This document shows, piece by piece, positions 18,567-28,026 of a stretch of DNA of 64,000 nt; the first letter of the stretch is position 1; each line of letters opens with the position of its first letter. A program made the position numbers and the translations under genes. The stretch spans positions 1 through 64,000 of the forward strand of contig CAWCNY010000007.1 of NCBI GenBank assembly GCA_963797095.1. Direction: 5' to 3'. The notes below the pieces were generated by a model. The model was not told the DNA's origin and searched no databases. It worked only from the letters and a program-made list of their open reading frames with translations. The stretch is from an uncultured Chloroflexia bacterium. Lineage in GTDB: Bacteria > Chloroflexota > Chloroflexia > QHBQ01 > JADMIH01.

Positions 18567-18920
18567 ATGAGCGACGGAGATAGGGAGGAGAAAGGCGGAC
18601 AGGGTGAGCATCTTGCGCCGCTGCTTGAGGCATTAGCCGGCGACCCTGAGAGGGCACGGTATTATCTGGGGTTGTTGAAGTCTTTGCAGGAGCACGACGA
18701 CGCTCACTATGGCGACCTGGTGAAGACGCTGGCGGCATATCTCAGGCACGGGGGGAACTCGACACAGACGGCGGATGCGCTCTTCATGCATCGAAATTCG
18801 CTGAGGTACAGGCTGGCCCGGATAAGAGCTATCACAGGGCTGGACCTGGACGACCCCGACAGCAGGTTGGCTTTGCAGGTGGCAGTGTTGCTATTGAAAA
18901 GTCAGGACAAGAGCGGATAG
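18567..18920 (+). CDS. Stand-alone PucR/CdaR C-terminal helix-turn-helix protein
   Basis: DLVKTLAAYLRHGGNSTQTADALFMHRNSLRYRLARIRAITGLDLDDPDSRLALQVA; probable start ATG 18567 after GGGAG. Confidence 0.8.
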   Translation: MSDGDREEKGGQGEHLAPLLEALAGDPERARYYLGLLKSLQEHDDAHYGDLVKTLAAYLRHGGNSTQTADALFMHRNSLRYRLARIRAITGLDLDDPDSRLALQVAVLLLKSQDKSG

Positions 18921-18934
18921 GAACAGGGCAAGAC

Positions 18935-19210
18935 GTGCCCACAAAGAAAGAGGAGCAGGTAGAGATGGAAAACGAAGGTGTGACCCGAACGAGCGCAAGG
19001 AATAAGTTGCCAGGGGTGATCACTGCGCTAAAGCGCGGAGATGTGGTGTGCCAGGTGGAGGTGCAATCGGGGGACAACCACATTGTAGCTGTGATCACAA
19101 CCGAGGCTGCCGATGAGATGGGGCTGCATGAGGGGATGGAAGTGGTGGCGACATTCAAATCTACTTCGGTGATGATCGCGACGCGTACAGGTGAGGGGAG
19201 CGGGCTATGA
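18935..19210 (+). CDS. TOBE/Mop molybdate-binding protein
   Basis: SARNKLPGVI, IVAVITTEAADEMGL, VVATFKSTSVMI. Confidence 0.88.
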   Translation: MPTKKEEQVEMENEGVTRTSARNKLPGVITALKRGDVVCQVEVQSGDNHIVAVITTEAADEMGLHEGMEVVATFKSTSVMIATRTGEGSGL

Positions 19211-20019
19211 CGAGGGGCCGATGGCCGGTGCGATTGGCAGCATCGGCCGCCTTGATGAGTACGACCCTGGTGTCGGCTGCATGCTCGCAAACGGAGAGCA
19301 CACCCACGGTCACGACGCAGATGGGAGAGGTAACGGTGTTTGCCGCTTCATCCCTTACTGATGCGTTCGGGAAGATGGGCACCGATATCGAGGGCAGGGG
19401 AGATGGGAAGATCACCTTCAACTTTGCCGGATCGCAGGCGCTGGCGACGCAGCTGTCGCAGGGAGCCAGGGCCGATGTGTTCGCCTCGGCGGACAGCAAG
19501 AATATGGACATAGCGGTGACGGCGGGGGTAGTGGAAACAGGCACGCAAGAGCAGTTGCTCACTAACAAGCTGGTGGTAGCGGTGGAGTCCACCGGAAGCC
19601 AGGTGGCGACGCTGAAAGACCTTGCGAAGCCTGGGGCAAAAGTAGTGCTGGCAGCGGATAGCGTGCCGGTGGGCAACTATAGCTTGCAAGCCCTGGACAA
19701 GCTGGCTAGCGCACCCGATTATGGGGCGGATTTCAAAGATAAAGTGCTGGCGAATGTGGTGTCGCGGGAAGACAACGTGCGGCAGGTGGTCGCCAAGGTA
19801 GAGTTAGGCGAGGCGGACGCCGGGATAGTGTACGTCACAGACGCCACGGGCGCGAATGTGGGGATGGTGCGGATACCCGACGAGTATAATGTGATAGCGC
19901 ACTACTATATCGCGCCCGTGAAGGGCGCACCCAATCCGGAAGGCGGGCAGAAGTTCATCGAGTATGCGCTTTCGGACGACGGGCAAAAGGTGCTGGGAGA
20001 ATTCGGGTTTGGGAAGTGA
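19207..20019 (+). CDS. modA: Molybdate ABC transporter substrate-binding lipoprotein
   Basis: Lipobox SAAC; VFAASSLTDAF, NFAGSQALATQ, GARADVFASAD, VPVGNY, DNVRQV, DAGIVYVTD. Confidence 0.93.
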   Translation: MTRGRWPVRLAASAALMSTTLVSAACSQTESTPTVTTQMGEVTVFAASSLTDAFGKMGTDIEGRGDGKITFNFAGSQALATQLSQGARADVFASADSKNMDIAVTAGVVETGTQEQLLTNKLVVAVESTGSQVATLKDLAKPGAKVVLAADSVPVGNYSLQALDKLASAPDYGADFKDKVLANVVSREDNVRQVVAKVELGEADAGIVYVTDATGANVGMVRIPDEYNVIAHYYIAPVKGAPNPEGGQKFIEYALSDDGQKVLGEFGFGK

Positions 20020-20921
20020 GGTCACCGGTTTTGAGAACAAGGGTAGAGGAGAGAGCGGTTTCTGAGCACGAGAGTGGGGGAGAGACAGCGCGCATGGTAG
20101 CCGGTGGGACACCTGATTGGGGGGAGGTGGTCGGGCGGGCGGCGCTGGCGCTGGCTATTGCCCTCTTTGTGGCCTTTTTGAGCCTGCCTATTATCGCGCT
20201 GTTGCTGCGCGTACCCCTCACCAGCCTGCCTGACTACCTGGGCAGGCCGCTTGTGCTCGATGCCCTGCTGTTGAGCCTGGGAACCAGCCTGGTAAGCCTG
20301 GCGCTGATGGTGGGGTTTGGGACGCCCCTGGCGTTCGTGCTGGCGCGGCGGAACTTCGTGGGCAAGCGAGTGCTCGATACGCTCGTTGACCTGCCGCTTG
20401 TGCTGCCACCCGCCGTGGCAGGGATCGCGCTGTTGCTGGCGTTCGGGAGACGGGGATTGCTTGGTCCCACTCTGGAGGGAGCGGGAATAGAGATAGGTTT
20501 CAGCACGGCAGCGGTGGTACTGGCGCAGATGTTCGTGGCATCGCCATTCTATGTTAAGGCGGCGCGAACCGCTTTTCAGGACTTGCCAAGAGAGCTTGAG
20601 GAAGTAGCAGCGACCGATGGAGCCAGCGCCTGGGCGAGGTTCAGGCACGTGCTTCTGCCTCTCGCTTTGCCCGGCATGGCAAGCGGGGCGATCATGGCGT
20701 GGGCGCGGGCGCTGAGCGAGTTCGGGGCGACGATACTGTTCGCTGGGAACTTCCAGGGCAGGACACAGACTATGCCGCTGGCGATCTATACGGCACTGGA
20801 AAGCGACCTCGATGCGGCTATTGTGATCTCGGCTGTGCTGCTGGTAGCTTCGCTGGCGATACTGATTGCCTTCAGGCTCCTTTCGGGCAAGCATTTCGGG
20901 GTGGTGGGGTTTGGGGAGTAG
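20016..20921 (+). CDS. modB: Molybdate ABC transporter permease (start may be downstream)
   Basis: DLPLVLPPAVAGIALL, WARALSEFGAT..FAGN..GRTQTMPLAIY. Confidence 0.92.
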   Translation: MRSPVLRTRVEERAVSEHESGGETARMVAGGTPDWGEVVGRAALALAIALFVAFLSLPIIALLLRVPLTSLPDYLGRPLVLDALLLSLGTSLVSLALMVGFGTPLAFVLARRNFVGKRVLDTLVDLPLVLPPAVAGIALLLAFGRRGLLGPTLEGAGIEIGFSTAAVVLAQMFVASPFYVKAARTAFQDLPRELEEVAATDGASAWARFRHVLLPLALPGMASGAIMAWARALSEFGATILFAGNFQGRTQTMPLAIYTALESDLDAAIVISAVLLVASLAILIAFRLLSGKHFGVVGFGE

Positions 20922-20971
20922 AGGGGTCAAAGCCAACAGGAGAACGGAGCAACAAGAGAGGGCGAGAAATA

Positions 20972-20980
20972 TGGTATAAT
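20972..20980 (+). promoter_or_regulatory. Extended -10 promoter for sucD
   Basis: TGGTATAAT 50 nt upstream of the start codon. Confidence 0.6.
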
Positions 20981-21030
20981 GCCGCGCTACACGTAAATCC
21001 TAGACCGGACGAGGGGGTTCAAATAGCGCG

Positions 21031-21888
21031 ATGAGCATACTTGTAGACAAGAATACGCGTTTGCTTGTGCAGGGTATCACCGGACGCGAGGGAGCGTTCC
21101 ATACTCAGCAGATGATCGAGTACGGCACTAACGTGGTAGGTGGCACAACGCCCGGCAAGGGCGGCACCGAGACGATGGGAGTGCCGATTTTTAATACGGT
21201 GAAGGAAGCAGTCAAGGAGACGGGGGCCAATGTTTCGATTATTTATGTGCCCGCGCCCTTCGCGCCCGATGCAATATTGGAAGCGTATGACGCGGAGATA
21301 CCGCTGATTGTGTGCATCACCGAGGGCATCCCCGTACTTGATATGATGAGGGTATGGGATGCGCTGAAGGGTGGCAAGAGCAGGTTGATAGGGCCGAACT
21401 GCCCCGGCCTGATCACGCCGGGAGAGGCGAAGGTGGGCATTATCCCTGGGTATATTTGCAAGCCCGGAGGGGTAGGGCTCGTGTCAAGGTCGGGCACTCT
21501 CACTTATGAGGTGATCTGGGCGCTGACCGAGGTGGGCATGGGCCAATCGACGGCGGTCGGGATCGGAGGCGATCCGATCAACGGCACCAACTTCATCGAC
21601 TGCCTGCGGATGTTCCAGGACGACCCTAACACTGAGAGGATCGTGATGATGGGGGAGATCGGCGGCGACGACGAGGAGAAAGCAGCCAGCTTTATCAAGG
21701 AGAATGTGACCAAGCCGATGGCGGGCTACATCGCCGGGCGAACCGCGCCGGAAGGGCGCAGAATGGGCCACGCGGGAGCCATCATATCGGGCGGCGCGGG
21801 CACAGCCCAGGGCAAGATCGACGCCCTGGAAGAGGCGGGTGTGAAGGTAGCACGCATTCCCACGCAGATACCGGGGTTGTTGAAATAG
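21031..21888 (+). CDS. sucD: Succinate--CoA ligase subunit alpha
   Basis: [43 protein letters not shown]. Confidence 0.97.
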   Translation: MSILVDKNTRLLVQGITGREGAFHTQQMIEYGTNVVGGTTPGKGGTETMGVPIFNTVKEAVKETGANVSIIYVPAPFAPDAILEAYDAEIPLIVCITEGIPVLDMMRVWDALKGGKSRLIGPNCPGLITPGEAKVGIIPGYICKPGGVGLVSRSGTLTYEVIWALTEVGMGQSTAVGIGGDPINGTNFIDCLRMFQDDPNTERIVMMGEIGGDDEEKAASFIKENVTKPMAGYIAGRTAPEGRRMGHAGAIISGGAGTAQGKIDALEEAGVKVARIPTQIPGLLK

Positions 21889-21961
21889 TAGTCGATAGTC
21901 GGAGGACTGAGGTTCCTGGTTCCTGGTCCTCCGGCTACCGGCTACCGGCTACCGGCTACCG
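21886..21961 (+). repeat. Inverted heptamer bracket (TAGTCGG.. / (CCGGCTA)4) with GTTCCTG loop units
   Basis: TAGTCGGAGGAC (21896-21907) pairs with GTCCTCCGGCTA (21926-21937), using a G-U wobble on the sense strand. Confidence 0.88.
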
Positions 21962-21972
21962 AAAGTGGACCA

Positions 21973-22503
21973 ATGAACATCCGACCTGCTTCCCTGACCG
22001 ATGCGCCGGCTATCGCTGTCGTACACGTAGATAGCTGGCGTAACACTTACCGTGGGTTGGTATCGGACGAGTTCCTGGATGGAGTACGCATCGAGGATCG
22101 GGTGAGGCGCTGGGAGCAGAGGATGGCCGATGCGGAAAGCGGAGAGTTTGTGTTCGTGGTGGAGGATGCAGGTGGGGATGTGGTGGGGTTCGGGTCGGGT
22201 GGGCCTGAGCGAACCGGGCACGAAACGTACAAAGGCGAATTGTGGGCGCTGCACGTAGCGAAGGAATACCAGGGGATAGGGATGGGAAAAATGCTGCTGG
22301 CGGCGGTCGCGAGGCGATTGAGCGAGATGGGTATCGACTCGATGCTGCTGTGGGTGCTGAAAGGGAACCCGGCGTGTGGGTTTTATGAGAGATTGGGCGG
22401 GGTGTACGTGACGGAAAGGGTGGAGGAGTTCGCCGGTGGCACCGTGGAAGAGATCGCATACGGCTGGGCCGATCTGGGTCCGCTGTTGCAGGTGCAACGG
22501 TGA
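21973..22503 (+). CDS. GNAT family N-acetyltransferase
   Basis: IRPA...DAPAIAVVHVDSWRNTYRGLV, GELWALHV...QGIGMGK, LWVLKGNPACGFYERLGG. Confidence 0.9.
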   Translation: MNIRPASLTDAPAIAVVHVDSWRNTYRGLVSDEFLDGVRIEDRVRRWEQRMADAESGEFVFVVEDAGGDVVGFGSGGPERTGHETYKGELWALHVAKEYQGIGMGKMLLAAVARRLSEMGIDSMLLWVLKGNPACGFYERLGGVYVTERVEEFAGGTVEEIAYGWADLGPLLQVQR

Positions 22504-23049
22504 AGACACGCCCGGCCACACCCGACGATGCGATGGATATCGCGTACATCCACACCGACACGTGGCAGACCGCATACCGGGGGGATGGTGCCTGATAGCT
22601 ACCTGGATAACATCTCGCTGGCCAGGAGGGGCAACTGGTGGCAGCGCGTGTTGACCAACTCGGAAAATCAAACCTTTCTGTTCGTGGCAGAGGATGAGAC
22701 GGGTCAGCCGGTGGGCTTTGTGGAAGGCGGACCACAGCGCGACGAGAACTATTCGTATGATGGGGAATTGTACGCGATATACGTGCTGAAAGAGCATCAG
22801 GGCAAAGGGATGGGGCGCGAATTGATGCTGGCGACCGCTCGTGAATTGAAAAATCGTGGGGCACATAATATGCTGCTGTGGGTGCTGAAGGACAACGCGC
22901 CATCGCGCAGATTCTACGAGAGTATGGGTGGGCAATTCGTCGATGAGAAAGAGTTTGAGCTGGGCGGCGCCACCCTGTCAGAGGTTGGATACGGGTGGGA
23001 CGATATCAATATGCTGGCTAAGTTAAGTAAAGGAGGAACCCAGGCATGA
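22500..23049 (+). pseudogene. Second GNAT paralogue, frameshifted by one extra G
   Basis: GTG 22500 gives MKTRPATPDDAMDIAYIHTDTWQTAYRG. The run of 6 G at 22579-22584 has one G too many to continue into MVPDSYLD...GELYAIYV...RRFYESMGG. Confidence 0.8.
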
Positions 23050-23708
23050 GTGATCAGATGCGAAATATAGACGATTATATAGAGTCGCTCAACCCGCCCG
23101 ACGAGGCGCTGCAACACGCGCTCGAAGAGACCGAGAAGAACGAGCTGCCGCAGATCAATGTGTCGCCCAATGAAGGGCGGCTGTTGCATCTCCTTGCCAG
23201 GATATGTGGGGCGCGAAAGATACTGGAGATCGGGACGTTGGGCGGGTTCAGCGCGATCAACCTGGCGAGGGCGCTACCCGAATATGGGAAGTTGATCAGC
23301 CTGGAATACAGCACCAAGCACGCCGAGGTGGCCCGCGCCAATATCAACTACGCAGGGCTATCAGACCGGGTGGAGATCAGAGTAGGGGCAGGGCTTGACT
23401 TGCTGCCGCAATTGCAGGAGGCGGGCGAAGGGCCGTTCGACCTCTTTTTCATCGACGCGGACAAAGTGAATTACCCCGGCTACCTGGAATGGTGCATCAA
23501 GCTCTCAAAGCCGGGGAGCGTGATCCTGTCGGACAACCTGATCCGCGACGGGAAGGTGATCGAGCCACCGCCTGATGATGAAGCCGCCGTCGCCATCAAC
23601 GAGTTCAACAAGATCCTGACAAGCGATCCCAGGCTAGAGACGGTTATTTTGCCCATTATCAGGGAGTCCGTTGACGGGCTGGGGATCACAGTCGTGCGCG
23701 AAGTGTAA
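23046..23708 (+). CDS. O-methyltransferase (caffeoyl-CoA/catechol OMT family 3)
   Basis: ILEIGTLGGFS, FDLFFIDADK.NY, VILSDN. Confidence 0.9.
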   Translation: MSDQMRNIDDYIESLNPPDEALQHALEETEKNELPQINVSPNEGRLLHLLARICGARKILEIGTLGGFSAINLARALPEYGKLISLEYSTKHAEVARANINYAGLSDRVEIRVGAGLDLLPQLQEAGEGPFDLFFIDADKVNYPGYLEWCIKLSKPGSVILSDNLIRDGKVIEPPPDDEAAVAINEFNKILTSDPRLETVILPIIRESVDGLGITVVREV

Positions 23709-23728
23709 GGGCATCTTCAGCACAGAAC

Positions 23729-23759
23729 GAAGGGGGGGCCGTGACGCGGCCCTCCCTTC
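23729..23759 (+). terminator. GC-rich hairpin after the O-methyltransferase gene
   Basis: GAAGGGGGGGCCG-tgacg-CGGCCCTCCCTTC; weak U-tail. Confidence 0.5.
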
Positions 23760-23844
23760 ATGTTCGAATGTGTACTACAGGCTTTGTGTAGAGGTGGGTC
23801 AAACTGATATACTTAGCTGACATACAGATCGGGGGATACATAAA

Positions 23845-24961
23845 ATGTCTACAACACCACTTTCAACAGAAGATCTCGCACAGAGTATAGAGGAGATCGG
23901 ATCTCGGATAGGCGAGATCGGGAGGCGTCTTTGACCTCGCCACTATCGAGCGCGAGATAGAGAGCCTCACAGAGCAGTCACAACAAACGGATTTTTGGGA
24001 CGATCCCAGGTCGGCGCAGGGCTTTATGCGCAAGCTGACTCGGCTTCAAGAGCAGGTTGACAAATGGCGCGGGCTTGAAATGCGCGCCGCTGACTTACAG
24101 GAATTGCTCACACTGGCGGTTGAAGAGGGCGATGAAGGGGTGATCGCCGAGGTAGCCGCCGATACCAACAAACTCAAGCACGAACTGGATGCTATCGAGC
24201 TATCGCTGATGCTCGACGGACCCCACGACGACAGCAACGCGATCCTGTCGGTGCACGCGCGCGAGGGCGGCACCGAGGCTCAAGACTGGGCGCAGATGCT
24301 GATGCGCATGTACCTCAGGTGGGCCGAGGACCGGGGTTATGGGACCGAGATACTGGACCTGACCGACGGAGACGAGGCGGGTATCAAGAGCGTCACTATC
24401 CTGATGAAAGGGCTAAACGCCTATGGGTACGCCCGCGCCGAGGCGGGCACGCACAGGCTTGTGAGGCTATCGCCTTTCGACGCTGCCCACAGGCGGCATA
24501 CGTCCTTCGCACTGGTGGAGGTAGTGCCCGAACTGGAAGACGAAGGCGAGGTGGAGATCAGCCCCGACGAGATCGAGGAGGATTTCTACAGGTCGACGGG
24601 CGCTGGCGGGCAGAACGTGAACAAGACCTCTACAGCGGTGCGGTTGAGACACTTACCGACAGGGATCGTGGTGACGTGCCAGAACGAGCGCAGCCAGATA
24701 CAGAACCGCGAAACCGCCATGCGTATCCTGAGGGCGCGCCTGTGGGAGATCGAGGAGGCAAGGCGGGCTGAAGAACAGGCGCGATTGAAGGGAGAGCACG
24801 TGCCTACCGGCTGGGGCAGCCAGATCAGGTCGTATGTGCTGCACCCATACACGCTCGTCAAGGACCACCGCACTGGGTACGAAGATACCAACCCAGCGGC
24901 TGTGCTGGACGGAAACATAGACGGGTTTATCGAAGCTTATCTACGCTGGAAGATCTCTTAA
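23845..24961 (+). CDS. prfB: Peptide chain release factor 2, programmed +1 frameshift
   Basis: ATG 23845 reads MSTTPL...GRRL, then GGGAGG-cgt-CTT TGA C (23920-23935); the +1 frame continues DLATIERE...FWDDP; SPF and GGQ motifs are present. Confidence 0.96.
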
Positions 24962-25188
24962 GCGCCGGATTTAGTCGTCGTCAGTGTTATGCAAACGAAA
25001 ACATGAGTGCTGCGCTAATGAAAACATGGCTAGACGCCCTCCCATATCACCTGTCATCCTTCACTTCGTTCAGCATGACAACCTCCTTGTTGGTTCGTTT
25101 CTTGCCACAATCTCGTTAGCGAAGTACTGTGTGGGGCTTCGGTCAGTGCTTCGCTAGCCGAGCGAAATCAGTGAGGCATATAGGTCGT

Positions 25189-26469
25189 ATGCAGGTCCGA
25201 GGAAAGCTGGTCGGGATTGCATTCATGCTTGCGTCTGTGATAGTACCGGTGCAGACCTTGCAGGCTAGTGTAGTGCGCGCCCCGCTTTCCGCGTTGCAGG
25301 TGAAAGAGCAAGATGCGGCCCCCCACTTCCCCGATAGCGTAGATTTTACCCTGAAGACTTCCGGGTTCGAGGCCAATCGCGCTGAGTTGAACTACCAATT
25401 GGTGGGCGACGCTGTGACGGTCGGCGTTGGCGCGGATATGTCCGGGCCAACCGACAGCGTGGACACAAGTGTGCAGCTTGACCTACGAACCGACTACATC
25501 CCGCCGGGAGCGGAGGTGAACTATTACTGGAGGCTAACGTCGCCCGATGGAGAGACGACAGACACGCCCGTTAAGTCGTTCCAGATGGAGGACGAGGGGT
25601 TCAGCTGGCGCACGCTCACCGACGTTAAGAACCGCGTGAGAATACACTGGTATAACGGCAATTCGGCGTTTGGGCAGAAGCTGTTGGACACGGCGACCGA
25701 GGCATTGGACAGGCTGGAAGGGGAGATCGGAGCAACGCTAACCAGGCAAGCCGAGATATGGATATACGGCAATAGCGATGATCTGTTCTACGCGCTGCCG
25801 CTCCACCAGCCTGAGTGGGTAGGCGGGCAGGCGTATCCGGACCTGGCGGTGGTGCTGGCGGCTATTCCCAACGACGAGTCTGCCGATTCGGAGACAAAGC
25901 GTACGGTCCCGCACGAATTAAGCCATCTGGTGCTGTACCAGGCGACCGAAAATCCATATAATTCCCCTCCTGCGTGGCTGGACGAAGGGTTGGCCGTTCA
26001 CAACCAGGAAGCGGATGCCGGTTTCGAGGAAGATGCTTTACGGCAGGCGGCAGAGCAAGGAACGCTTATTCCCCTCAAAGCCCTCTCCGGTTCGTTCGGG
26101 GCCGACGAGCAGGAGGCCTTGCTCGCATACGCCGAGAGCGGAAGCGTGGTAGACTTCATCCTCAGCGAGCCCCGCTACGGCAAGGATAAACTGGCAAAGA
26201 CGGTGGCGGCCTTCAAGGACGGAGTAACCTATGACGACGCGCTGGAGGCGGGTCTGGGCGTTACTACAGATGAATTAGATGAGCAGTGGCGCGATTCGCT
26301 GCCGTACCAGGTGTTGCCACCGGGGAGCGCACCATCAGGTGTGGGGGCCACACCCGCATGGGTGATGCCGTTGGTATATAGCGCGCTTGGTGTGGTGGCG
26401 GGGCTGTTCGTCGCGGGTGGGATTGTGACCGTGTGGGTGATTGCGAAGCGAAGAAGAGCCAGACGCTAA
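25189..26469 (+). CDS. Peptidase MA-like (gluzincin) secreted metallohydrolase with C-terminal TM anchor
   Basis: Signal peptide; VGGQAYP, PHELSHLV (HExxH), PAWLDEGLA, AYAES; TM plus KRRRARR tail; probable start ATG 25189. Confidence 0.85.
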   Translation: MQVRGKLVGIAFMLASVIVPVQTLQASVVRAPLSALQVKEQDAAPHFPDSVDFTLKTSGFEANRAELNYQLVGDAVTVGVGADMSGPTDSVDTSVQLDLRTDYIPPGAEVNYYWRLTSPDGETTDTPVKSFQMEDEGFSWRTLTDVKNRVRIHWYNGNSAFGQKLLDTATEALDRLEGEIGATLTRQAEIWIYGNSDDLFYALPLHQPEWVGGQAYPDLAVVLAAIPNDESADSETKRTVPHELSHLVLYQATENPYNSPPAWLDEGLAVHNQEADAGFEEDALRQAAEQGTLIPLKALSGSFGADEQEALLAYAESGSVVDFILSEPRYGKDKLAKTVAAFKDGVTYDDALEAGLGVTTDELDEQWRDSLPYQVLPPGSAPSGVGATPAWVMPLVYSALGVVAGLFVAGGIVTVWVIAKRRRARR

Positions 26470-26499
26470 GCGTAGCACTTTAGCGAGCAGGTAAATCAG

Positions 26500-26964
26500 A
26501 TGCCAAAGGTAGTTGCGACAGTAGAGGTAGAAGGAGAACCACAGAAGGTGTTCGACTATCTGGCCGATTACCACAACATCCCGCGCTTGCAACCTCACTT
26601 CGAGTCGGCACGGCTCTTGACCGAGGAAGCTCAGGGAGTGGGGGCGGTAGTGGAGTTGCACGGGCAATTCCACGGGATGCCGATGCGAGTGCAGAACAGG
26701 ATCATTACATTTACGCCACCCACCAGGTTGGTAAGCATCAGCGAGGGCACGGTGTTGAGCCGGAACGTGTGGGAATTGCGCCCTGCAGAGCAAGATGGGA
26801 ATAAGGACGCGACAGAGGTGACTTTTTCGGTCGAGTACAAGATCAGCGGGCCGCTGGGAGGTGTCTTCACAGGGCTTGCGTCCTCTCTATTCCATAGCGA
26901 GATAGAGGAGATGGCGGACGAGTCGTTGCGGAGGTTGCAGAAGGTGTTTGCCGGACAAACTTGA
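26500..26964 (+). CDS. SRPBCC family protein
   Basis: PQKVFDYLADYHNIPR, GVGAVV, TEVTFSVEY, C-terminal helix ESLRRLQKVF. Confidence 0.8.
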   Translation: MPKVVATVEVEGEPQKVFDYLADYHNIPRLQPHFESARLLTEEAQGVGAVVELHGQFHGMPMRVQNRIITFTPPTRLVSISEGTVLSRNVWELRPAEQDGNKDATEVTFSVEYKISGPLGGVFTGLASSLFHSEIEEMADESLRRLQKVFAGQT

Positions 26965-26988
26965 AAAATAACATAGATTTGGTATAAT
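26961..26988 (+). promoter_or_regulatory. Sigma70-type promoter of tRNA-Gly
   Basis: TTGAAA-N16-TATAAT with TG extension, 10 nt before the tRNA. Confidence 0.7.
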
Positions 26989-26998
26989 GCATCAAATC

Positions 26999-27074
26999 GC
27001 GGGTGTAACTCAGTCGGCAGAGTGTTTGCTTCCCAAGCAAAATGTCGTGGGTTCGAATCCCATCACCCGCTCCA
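26999..27074 (+). tRNA. tRNA-Gly (CCC)
   Basis: GCGGGTG/CACCCGC acceptor stem, anticodon arm TTTGC-TTCCCAA-GCAAA, T-loop GTTCGAATC, encoded CCA. Confidence 0.97.
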
Positions 27075-27097
27075 TACTGACTACCCACACCCCACCC

Positions 27098-27134
27098 CAA
27101 CCACCCTCCTTCCCCCAGGAGGGTGGTTGCGTTT
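27098..27134 (+). terminator. Hairpin after tRNA-Gly
   Basis: CAACCACCCTCCT-loop-AGGAGGGTGGTTG followed by CGTTT. Confidence 0.65.
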
Positions 27135-27204
27135 AAGCAGTTGACAGGGTAGATGCGAAAGGGCGCGCCTTCTCTTATAATTGGGGCGATATAAGGAGCC
27201 TGAG

Positions 27205-28026
27205 ATGGATGAAGCATACCGAAAATCTAACCTGGAGCTTTGGAACAGCTGGGCCGAAGTCAATGCGGCTTCCGAATCCTATGATGTGGAGGGCTTCAAG
27301 GCGGGCAAGCAAGGCTTGAACCCGCTTGAGGTCGAAGAAGTGGGAGATGTAAGCGGGAAAACAGTGCTACATCTGCAATGCCACTTCGGGAAAGACACGC
27401 TTTCGTGGGCCAGTAGGGGAGCCATTGTCACTGGGGCTGATTTTTCGGATAGGGCGATTGAGATGGCGCGTGCGCTCGCGAAAGACCTGGGCATAGAGGC
27501 TACCTTCGTGCAATCAGACCTTTACGAATTGCCCTCCATCCTGCAGGGCCGATTCGATATCGTGTTCACCAGCTATGGGGCGATCTCCTGGCTGCCCGAC
27601 ATGCACAGGTGGGGCCAGATAGTGGGCCACTTCCTAAAGCCTGGAGGGACATTCTACGTGGCCGAGTTCCACCCGTTCGCCTATGTGATGGATAACGTCG
27701 AAGGCGACGCCGACCTGCACGTTATGTACCCATACAGCAGCCCACTCAACGAGCCGCTCCGGTTCGAGACGAGGGGCAACTACGCCGATCCATCGTCGGA
27801 AGTCGAGGGAGTGGAACATACATGGAACCACAGTATGGCCGACATCGTGAACGCCATCATCCAGGGCGGGATGAGGATCGAGTTCCTTCACGAGCACCAT
27901 TTCAGCGTGGAAGGCACTATGTGGCGCGGCCTGGTACGCAGTGAGGATGGCTATTACCGTTTTGAGGACGAGCGGCTGAGGCGGGCTATCCCGCTTCTAT
28001 TCTCGATAAAGGCTACCAGGGAATAG
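27205..28026 (+). CDS. Class I SAM-dependent methyltransferase
   Basis: VLHLQCHFGKDTLS, VTGADFS, FDIVFTSYG, LKPGG; SD AAGGAG before ATG 27205. Confidence 0.9.
   Translation: MDEAYRKSNLELWNSWAEVNAASESYDVEGFKAGKQGLNPLEVEEVGDVSGKTVLHLQCHFGKDTLSWASRGAIVTGADFSDRAIEMARALAKDLGIEATFVQSDLYELPSILQGRFDIVFTSYGAISWLPDMHRWGQIVGHFLKPGGTFYVAEFHPFAYVMDNVEGDADLHVMYPYSSPLNEPLRFETRGNYADPSSEVEGVEHTWNHSMADIVNAIIQGGMRIEFLHEHHFSVEGTMWRGLVRSEDGYYRFEDERLRRAIPLLFSIKATRE

Noticed and set aside
26999-27200. Integrative element at tRNA-Gly
   Set aside because: No integrase and no duplicated tRNA 3' end seen in the window.
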